Below, piece after piece: positions 9,110-17,000 of a DNA stretch of 20,000 nucleotides (positions are counted from its first letter, which is position 1; the number at the start of each line of letters is the position of its first letter). The stretch lies in the IMG/VR virus record IMGVR_UViG_3300035681_000004. One strand, given 5' to 3'. The notes below the pieces were generated by a model. The model saw only the letters and a program-made list of their open reading frames with translations. It was not told the DNA's origin and made no database searches. The translations under genes and the position numbers were made by a program. This stretch comes from an uncultured virus (IMG/VR IMGVR_UViG_3300035681_000004). Its lineage: Duplodnaviria; Heunggongvirae; Uroviricota; Caudoviricetes.

Positions 9110-12100
9110 GACCTGCGGCATCTAAACGCTTAAGAACTTCTTTTAATGTATTTCTGAGTTCTGTGTTTTCTTGGTCGAGTTCTTGAATCGCTTTAATCAG
9201 AATAGGAATAAAGTTGGTCTTATAAATTCCTAAACTATCAGGTGCATTGTCGTCTACTAATCTGAGGTAATCTGCATTGTATTCTTCTTGGACTGCTTGG
9301 ACTTCTTGTGCAATTAAACCTGCTTCTTCCTTGCCTTGTGGAGGCAACTTCTTCTTCTCTTCGTCACGGAAGTCCCACTGGAATTTAACTGGTCTGAGTT
9401 TTCCTAAGAAATCTTTTCCTTGTGGTAGGTTTTGAATATTGATTTTATCTCTACCGTCAGAAGTGTTACCCCAAGCACTAAATGCACCACTGTAGCAGGC
9501 AGCAGTCGCATTACCAGAAGAGATGACGACTTGGTTGCTGTTGGTTGCTGATGGAACGTTATATGGTCCAAGAACAACGTTACAAGAACCAATAGTATTA
9601 TTGCATCCTGCATATGCACCAATAAAAACATTTTTTATTCCAGTGGTATTTGCTCTTCCAGCACCAATACCCATAAAACTATTGTAACATCCAGTGCTAT
9701 TGCAAAGTCCTGCATTAACACCAAAGAATTGATTATATCTTCCACTGGTATTATTCAATCCAGCAACTGTCCCCATAAACTGGTTGTGTCTACCAATAGT
9801 ATTAGAATATCCAGCACAGGTTCCTATAAAGGTGTTGTCGCCTCCTGTAGTGTTGGAATATCCAGCAGTGACACCAAAGAAATTGTTGTTGGTTCCTGTG
9901 GTGTTTGTTTGTCCAGCACGAAGACCAAAGAAAATATTATTAGATCCAGTTGTATTGAAATATCCAGCGTATTTTCCAAAGAAAGTATTATAGCAACCAG
10001 AAGTATTCGCTAATCCTGCAGCACGACCAAAGAAATTGTTATAAGAACCTGTTGTGTTACATCTACCTGCACTAGATCCAAAGAAGTTATTAAAGGAACC
10101 AGTGGTATTACACCATCCAGCAAGAGCCCCAAAGAAATTATTAAGATCACCAAAAGTATTAGAATATCCAGCACACTGTCCTATAAAGGTGTTGTTGGAT
10201 CCTGTGGTGTTGCAACGTCCCGAAAGAAGACCAAAGAAGTTGTTATTAGATCCAGTCGTATTAGAACGTCCAACATCTACTCCAAAGAAGTTATTATAAT
10301 TACCAAAAGTATTACTACAACCTGTAGCATCACCAATGAAGTTATTACCATTTCCTGTGGTGTTGCCTTGCCCTGCTCTCCATCCAATAAAGTTGTTATG
10401 AAAACCAAAAGTATTGTTACGTCCTGCACAGGCACCAATAAAGGTATTATTTCCTCCAGTGGTATTAGCGCATCCTGCACATAATCCGAAGAAAGTATTG
10501 CAACTTCCTGTAGTATTACAATATCCTGCAGAAGTGCCAAGGAAATTATTATGAGACCCAGTAGTGTTAAATCTTCCCGCCTCGGCACCAGAGAAAAAGT
10601 TTTGCTCTCCAGTTGTATTTGATGTTCCCGTATTGCGTCCAATAAAAGTATTAAAAAATCCAGTGGTGTTACATTTACCTGCACTTCTTCCAATAAAAGT
10701 ATTGTAACAACCAAAAGTATTAGCAAATCCAGCACACTGTCCTATAAAGGTATTGTCTGCTCCTGTGGTGTTGGAGTATCCAGCATTTAATCCAAAGAAG
10801 TTATTATGACTTCCTGTGGTATTGGAATTTCCAGCAGCATTGCCAAAAAAGTTATTATAGCATCCAGTAGTATTGTAACGTCCAGAAACATTGCCAAAGA
10901 AGTTATTAAAGCAACCAGTAATGTTGCAACGTCCTGTAAAACGACCAAAGAAGTTATTATAACCACCAAAAGTATTAGAATATCCAGCACATAGTCCTAT
11001 AAAGGTGTTGTGGCATCCAGTGGTGTTGCTATTTCCTGCACGGGACCCAAAGAAGTTATTATAATTACCAAAAGTATTGGAAACTCCCGTATTTGGTCCA
11101 ATGAAATTATTTCTAGACCCAGTAGTATTGCATAAACCTGCATTAAAACCAAAGAAGTTATTATAAGCACCAAAGGTATTGGAATATCCAGCACAGAATC
11201 CTATAAAGTTATTGTGGTTTCCAGTGGTGTTGCTTCTTCCTGCATAATAACCAAAGAAGTTATTATTGGTACCAGTAGTATTAGAAAGTCCAGAAAATTG
11301 CCCAAAGAAATTGTTGCGAATTCCAGTTGTGTTACAGCGACCTGCAGAAGGTCCAAAGAAATTATTAAAGCAACCAAAAGTATTAGAAAGACCAGCAAGG
11401 GTTCCTATAAAGTTATTATCAGTTCCTGTAGTATTGGAATATCCAGCACATAGACCTATAAAGTTATTGCAATTTCCTGCGGTGTTACTGAAACCTGCAA
11501 ATTTTCCAAAGAAATTATTATAACCACCAAAAGTATTAGAATATCCAGCACAGAATCCTATAAAGGTATTGTGATTTCCAGTAGTGTTACAGAATCCTAC
11601 TTGAAGTCCAAAGAAGTTATTATTTTCACCAAAAGTATTAGAATATCCAGCACACTGTCCTATAAAGGTATTGTTGGTTCCTGTGGTGTTGCAAGCACCA
11701 GCAAGATATCCAAAGAAGTTATTAAAAGATCCAGTAGTATTTCGATATCCAGCAGCATATCCACCAAAAAAGTTGTTACTTCCAGTAGTGTTTAATTGAC
11801 CTGCACGAAACCCAATGAAAATATTGCAGTTTCCTGTCGTATTAGCACAACCTGCATAAAATCCAAAGAAGTTATTATACTTACCAGTGGTGTTGCAGAG
11901 ACCAGCAATATTTCCAAAGAAGTTGTTGTGAGATCCTGTAGTATTTTTAAATCCTGCCTGAACACCAAAAAAGGTGTTATCAGTTCCTGTGGTATTGCAT
12001 TGTCCTGCAGCACGACCAAAGAAATTATTATTATTTCCAGTGGTATTTTCACGTCCCGCAAGATATCCAAAGAAATTATTATTACTTCCTGTGGTGTTGT

Positions 12101-14018
12101 ATCTACCAGCACCACAACCAAAGAAATTATTATAACATCCAGTAGTATTACAAAATCCTGCAGCACTACCTATAAAGTTATTATGACATCCAAAAGTATT
12201 CGAAAATCCAGCACACTGACCTATAAAGATGTTGAAGCTTCCTGTGGTGTTATAACGTCCTGCATAATAACCTATGAAGTTGTTGTGAGATCCTGTAGTA
12301 TTGACACGTCCAGTAGCACGACCAATAAAGTTATTATAACTTCCAATGCTATTTAAATATCCTGCACGACATCCAATAAAAACATTATCATTACCAAAAG
12401 TATTATAAAAACCAGATTGCTGTCCTATAAAGACGTTTCTATTTCCAGTAGTGTTGCAATAACCTGTACCATTACCAATGAAGTTATTGTTATTTCCGGT
12501 CGTGTTAAAAAATCCAGCATTTGGACCAAAGAAATTATTAGCATTTCCCGTAGTGTTACAACGTCCAGCACTTGTACCAAAAAAGTTATTATAACAACCT
12601 GTTGTATTACACTGACCTGATGTGTTTCCAAAGAAGTTATTAAAGGATCCAAAAGTATTAGAAAATCCTGTACATTGTCCTATAAAGTTGTTGTTGGTTC
12701 CTGTGGTGTTATTACATCCTGAAAAAAGACCGAAGAAATTATTATAAGCACCAGTAGTATTACAAAATCCTGCACGTTGTCCAATAAAGTTGTTATTAGA
12801 TGCAGTTGTATTACTTCTACCAGCAAGGTATCCTAAAAAATTATTTGATATTCCCGTAGTATTGCAAGCACCAGCATATCTACCAAAGAAGTTATTGTAG
12901 CATCCAGTTGTGTTACTAAGTCCTGAACACTGACCAATAAAGTTATTAAAACATCCAAAGGTATTCGAATATCCAGCACATAGTCCTATAAAGGTGTTGT
13001 TGGATCCTGTAGTGTTGCATCTACCTGCTTGCAGACCAAAGAAGTTATTATTGCCCCCTGTAGTATTGTATCTCCCTGCCAAATAACCAAAGAAGTTATT
13101 ATAACAACCAGTAGTATTAGAGAACCCTGCAATTGCTCCAAAGAAGTTATTAAAAGCACCAAAAGTATTAGAATATCCAGCACACTGTCCTATAAAGGTA
13201 TTGTTGGTTCCTGTGGTGTTTAAGTATCCTGCAGCATATCCAAAGAAGTTATTGAAGCATCCAAAAGTATTAGAATATCCAGCACACAGTCCTATAAAGT
13301 TATTGTTGTTTCCTGTGGTGTTAGAACGTCCTGCCTGTGAACCAAAAAAGTTATTATAATTACCAAACGTATTAGATTGACCTGCACCAAAACCTAAGAA
13401 GTTATTATATGCTCCACAGGTATTGTTGAATCCTGCACTATTACCTAAGAAGTTATTAGAAACTCCAGTGGTGTTTGATCTTCCTGCAGATCTACCAAAG
13501 AAATTATTATTAGATCCTGTAGTATTAAGGCGTCCAGCACTAGAACCAAAGAAATTATTACGAGTTCCTGTTGTATTGGAATATCCAGCACACTGACCTA
13601 TAAAAGTATTGTATACTCCAGTAGTATTATAATACCCAGCACATTGTCCAATAAAAACATTATGAGTTCCAGTCGTCGTAGAACTACCAGCACCAACCCC
13701 AGCAAAAAAGTTATGAACACCATCAGTAACAACAGCACCAGTGGTACTATCACCAATCTTAATATTCGTATCGCAATATCCAATGACACCAGCAACCTGA
13801 AGTTTGACGGTTGGGTTGGTCACACCAAGTCCAAGTTCACCCAAACTATCAACAACAACGATTGTACTTCCAGACCCTACCTGAAACTGTTGTACTGGAG
13901 AGTTCGTTGCAATTCCAACCGTACCTGCATTTAAAGTACTTACAGTTGTAACCCCTGTTAGAGTAACGTTACTAGAGATACCTATATTGGTTACTTGCGT
14001 AAGACGTTCAAGTGCCAT
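9105..14018 (-). CDS. Tail fibre protein (1637 aa) with 82 x 17-aa repeats and a C-terminal peptidase-S74 intramolecular chaperone
   Basis: VGIATNSP and LGLGVTNPTVKLQVAG motifs, repeat array, then SDGRDK (Ser codon 9459-9461)...LRPVKFQW...AGLIAQEV...LIKAIQEL and a coiled coil. Confidence 0.9.
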   Translation of the reverse strand: MALERLTQVTNIGISSNVTLTGVTTVSTLNAGTVGIATNSPVQQFQVGSGSTIVVVDSLGELGLGVTNPTVKLQVAGVIGYCDTNIKIGDSTTGAVVTDGVHNFFAGVGAGSSTTTGTHNVFIGQCAGYYNTTGVYNTFIGQCAGYSNTTGTRNNFFGSSAGRLNTTGSNNNFFGRSAGRSNTTGVSNNFLGNSAGFNNTCGAYNNFLGFGAGQSNTFGNYNNFFGSQAGRSNTTGNNNNFIGLCAGYSNTFGCFNNFFGYAAGYLNTTGTNNTFIGQCAGYSNTFGAFNNFFGAIAGFSNTTGCYNNFFGYLAGRYNTTGGNNNFFGLQAGRCNTTGSNNTFIGLCAGYSNTFGCFNNFIGQCSGLSNTTGCYNNFFGRYAGACNTTGISNNFLGYLAGRSNTTASNNNFIGQRAGFCNTTGAYNNFFGLFSGCNNTTGTNNNFIGQCTGFSNTFGSFNNFFGNTSGQCNTTGCYNNFFGTSAGRCNTTGNANNFFGPNAGFFNTTGNNNNFIGNGTGYCNTTGNRNVFIGQQSGFYNTFGNDNVFIGCRAGYLNSIGSYNNFIGRATGRVNTTGSHNNFIGYYAGRYNTTGSFNIFIGQCAGFSNTFGCHNNFIGSAAGFCNTTGCYNNFFGCGAGRYNTTGSNNNFFGYLAGRENTTGNNNNFFGRAAGQCNTTGTDNTFFGVQAGFKNTTGSHNNFFGNIAGLCNTTGKYNNFFGFYAGCANTTGNCNIFIGFRAGQLNTTGSNNFFGGYAAGYRNTTGSFNNFFGYLAGACNTTGTNNTFIGQCAGYSNTFGENNNFFGLQVGFCNTTGNHNTFIGFCAGYSNTFGGYNNFFGKFAGFSNTAGNCNNFIGLCAGYSNTTGTDNNFIGTLAGLSNTFGCFNNFFGPSAGRCNTTGIRNNFFGQFSGLSNTTGTNNNFFGYYAGRSNTTGNHNNFIGFCAGYSNTFGAYNNFFGFNAGLCNTTGSRNNFIGPNTGVSNTFGNYNNFFGSRAGNSNTTGCHNTFIGLCAGYSNTFGGYNNFFGRFTGRCNITGCFNNFFGNVSGRYNTTGCYNNFFGNAAGNSNTTGSHNNFFGLNAGYSNTTGADNTFIGQCAGFANTFGCYNTFIGRSAGKCNTTGFFNTFIGRNTGTSNTTGEQNFFSGAEAGRFNTTGSHNNFLGTSAGYCNTTGSCNTFFGLCAGCANTTGGNNTFIGACAGRNNTFGFHNNFIGWRAGQGNTTGNGNNFIGDATGCSNTFGNYNNFFGVDVGRSNTTGSNNNFFGLLSGRCNTTGSNNTFIGQCAGYSNTFGDLNNFFGALAGWCNTTGSFNNFFGSSAGRCNTTGSYNNFFGRAAGLANTSGCYNTFFGKYAGYFNTTGSNNIFFGLRAGQTNTTGTNNNFFGVTAGYSNTTGGDNTFIGTCAGYSNTIGRHNQFMGTVAGLNNTSGRYNQFFGVNAGLCNSTGCYNSFMGIGAGRANTTGIKNVFIGAYAGCNNTIGSCNVVLGPYNVPSATNSNQVVISSGNATAACYSGAFSAWGNTSDGRDKINIQNLPQGKDFLGKLRPVKFQWDFRDEEKKKLPPQGKEEAGLIAQEVQAVQEEYNADYLRLVDDNAPDSLGIYKTNFIPILIKAIQELDQENTELRNTLKEVLKRLDAAGL
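9567..13715 (-). repeat. Coding tandem array, 82 units of 51 bp (17 aa)
   Basis: First-unit Gly codon (HNFFAG, 13698) to last-unit Gly codon (CNVVLG, 9567) is 4131 bp, exactly 81 x 51. Confidence 0.95.
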
Positions 14019-14031
14019 TTTTGTTTTTTAG

Positions 14032-17000
14032 TTATTTATTCTGGTTCTTAAGGTCATTAAGTTCTTGTCTTAATGAAGTCACTTCTGCATCAAGTTCTTT
14101 GATTGCATTGACGAGCACTGGGATCATATAGTCGTGTGTGATACCAAGATTATCTGGGTCAGAGTTATTGACGATAATTGGTTCATCACCCTCTAGAGAC
14201 ATTACTTCTTGTGCTGAGAATCCATATCTCTTTCTTGGATCCTTGAGTTCTCCTGTCTCTTTGTCCTTAAAGGAGTACTTGATTGGGTTGACTCCTCTTA
14301 AGAAATCTCTACCGTATGGTACGTTGCCCCAGACACACTTGTATCTGATATCGGAGGCGACACCCCAAGCAATCTGGATACAGGCTGTTGTATGGGATGA
14401 GTTACCCATAACAATTTGGTTACCAGTGGTTGTCATATTAATGAGACCACCTGGAGATGATCCAGTTGTTCCAGAAAAACGACCAATTGCTATATTATTA
14501 GATGCTGTAGTATTGTTCTGACCTGCACCATAACCAATAAAAACATTACAGCAACCACCAGTGTTACTAAATCCAGCATCACGACCAAAGAATTGGTTAT
14601 AACAACCAGTGGTGTTATAACGCCCAGCATTACAACCAATAGCATTGTTATGGCATCCAGTAGTATTAGTAACTCCTGCCTCTCTACCAAGAAAAACATT
14701 CCAACTTCCAATAGTATTGCTAGCTCCTGCTCCAAAACCTATAAAAACATTACAACTTCCTGTGGTATTGAAGTATCCTGCAGATTCTCCAAAGAAAATA
14801 TTGTTGTTTCCAGTAGTATTACAAAAACCAGAGGCATTACCAGCAAAAACATTACTATATCCAAAAGTATTAGAATATCCAACACATCTCCCTATAAAGA
14901 CATTGTTGGTTCCTGTGGTGTTGGAGTATCCTGTATTAAGTCCAAAGAAGTTGTTGTTGTTTCCTGTGGTGTTATAACGTCCAGCTTCACGTCCTATAAA
15001 GTTATTATTAGATCCTGTAGTATTTTTATATCCAGAAACAGGACCAAAGAAGTTATTACACTGTCCTGTCGTATTATAATATCCACTTGCACGTCCAAAG
15101 AAGTTATTATACTGACCTATTGTATTGCAATATCCAGCACATCCACCTATAAAGTTATTATTGTTTCCTGTAGTGTTACTGCGACCTGCAAATAACCCAA
15201 AGAAGTTATTAAAACATCCAGTGGTGTTGCAGAAACCTGCTTGTGTTCCAATGAAATTATTACAACTACCAAAAGTATTAAGACATCCTGCTTGTTGACC
15301 TATAAAGTTATTAGCAGTTCCAGTTGTATTAGATTGTCCAGCATAAACACCTATAAAATTATTGTTTATACCAAAAGTATTAGAATATCCAGCACACGCA
15401 CCTATAAAGTTATTGTTGTTTCCTGTGGTATTACTTCTACCTGCATAACGACCAAAGAAGTTGTTACTGGATCCTGTAGTATTAGAAAATCCTGCTTGTC
15501 TTCCGAAGAAGTTATTATATCCACCAAAAGTATTAGAATATCCGGAATCGCAACCAATAAAGGTATTACTATTTCCTGTAGTATTACAAATACCAGCATT
15601 CAAACCAAAGAAGTTATTAAAGCATCCTGTAGTATTTCTAAATCCTGCTTGTCTTCCAAAGAAATTATTGAAACCACCAGTAGTATTGAAAAATCCTGCA
15701 TCACATCCAAAGAAGTTATTATAGTTTCCAGTGGTGTTGCAAAGTCCTGCACCACGTCCAATGAAATTATTAAAGCAACCAAAAGTATTAGAATATCCAG
15801 CGCATAGTCCTATAAAGTTATTGTTGGATCCTGTGGTGTTATATCTTCCTGCAGCATAACCAAAGAAGGTATTGTATGATCCTGTGGTATTTTTACATCC
15901 AGCAAGTTGTCCAAAGATATTATTATTATTTCCTGTAGTGCTGCAAAGTCCTGCATAACGTCCAAAGATATTATTATTACTTCCTGTAGTGTTTGAATAT
16001 CCTGCATAATAACCAAAGAAATTATTGCAGTTACCAAAAGTGTTAGTATATCCAGCACGTTGTCCTATAAAGTTATTATTAGATCCTGTAGTATTTCCTT
16101 GTCCAGCACGGCAACCAAAGAAGTTATTATTACTTCCAAAGGTATTTGCATAACCAGCAAGAAGACCAATAAAAGTATTATGATTTCCTGTGGTGTTACA
16201 ACGTCCAGCATCAACGCCAAAGAAATTATTATAGCAACCAGTAGTATTATCACGCCCAGCACCACACCCAAAGAAATTATTGTGACATCCTGTGGTGTTA
16301 GAAGCACCTGCATAACGACCAAAGAAGTTGTTAAAACAACCTGTGGTGTTACAACGTCCTGCAGAACATCCTAAAAAGTTATTAAAACAACCAAAAGTAT
16401 TATAAAGTCCTGCTGCTTGCCCTATAAAAATATTAGAACCGCCAGTAGTATTACAACGTCCGGCACTATTTCCAATAAAATTATTAGCACCCCCAAAAGT
16501 ATTAGAATATCCAGCACACTGTCCTATAAAGGTATTGTTGATTCCTGTGGTGTTTAAGTATCCTGCAAAAAACCCAAAGAAATTATTGTTAGAACCAAAG
16601 GTATTGCAAAAACCTGCATTACGACCTATAAAGTTGTTGTTGTTTCCTGTGGTGTTTAAGTATCCTGCTTGGCACCCAAAAAAGTTATTATGACTTCCAG
16701 TGGTATTATAATATCCAGAATATTTGCCAAAGAAATTATTATAGTTTCCTGTTGTATTACATCTTCCTGCTTCACGATTGAAGAAATTATTATAACTTCC
16801 AATGGTATTTGCATTTCCTGCGTTATAACCTATAAAGTTATTATGTTTTCCAGTTGTATTAGAAAATCCTGATGTAGTACCAAAGAAGTTATTAAAGCAA
16901 CCAAAAGTATTAGAATATCCAGCACACTGTCCTATAAAGGTATTGTTGGATCCAGTGGTGTTGCTTCTACCTGCAAAAATACCAAAGAAATTATTTTGAG

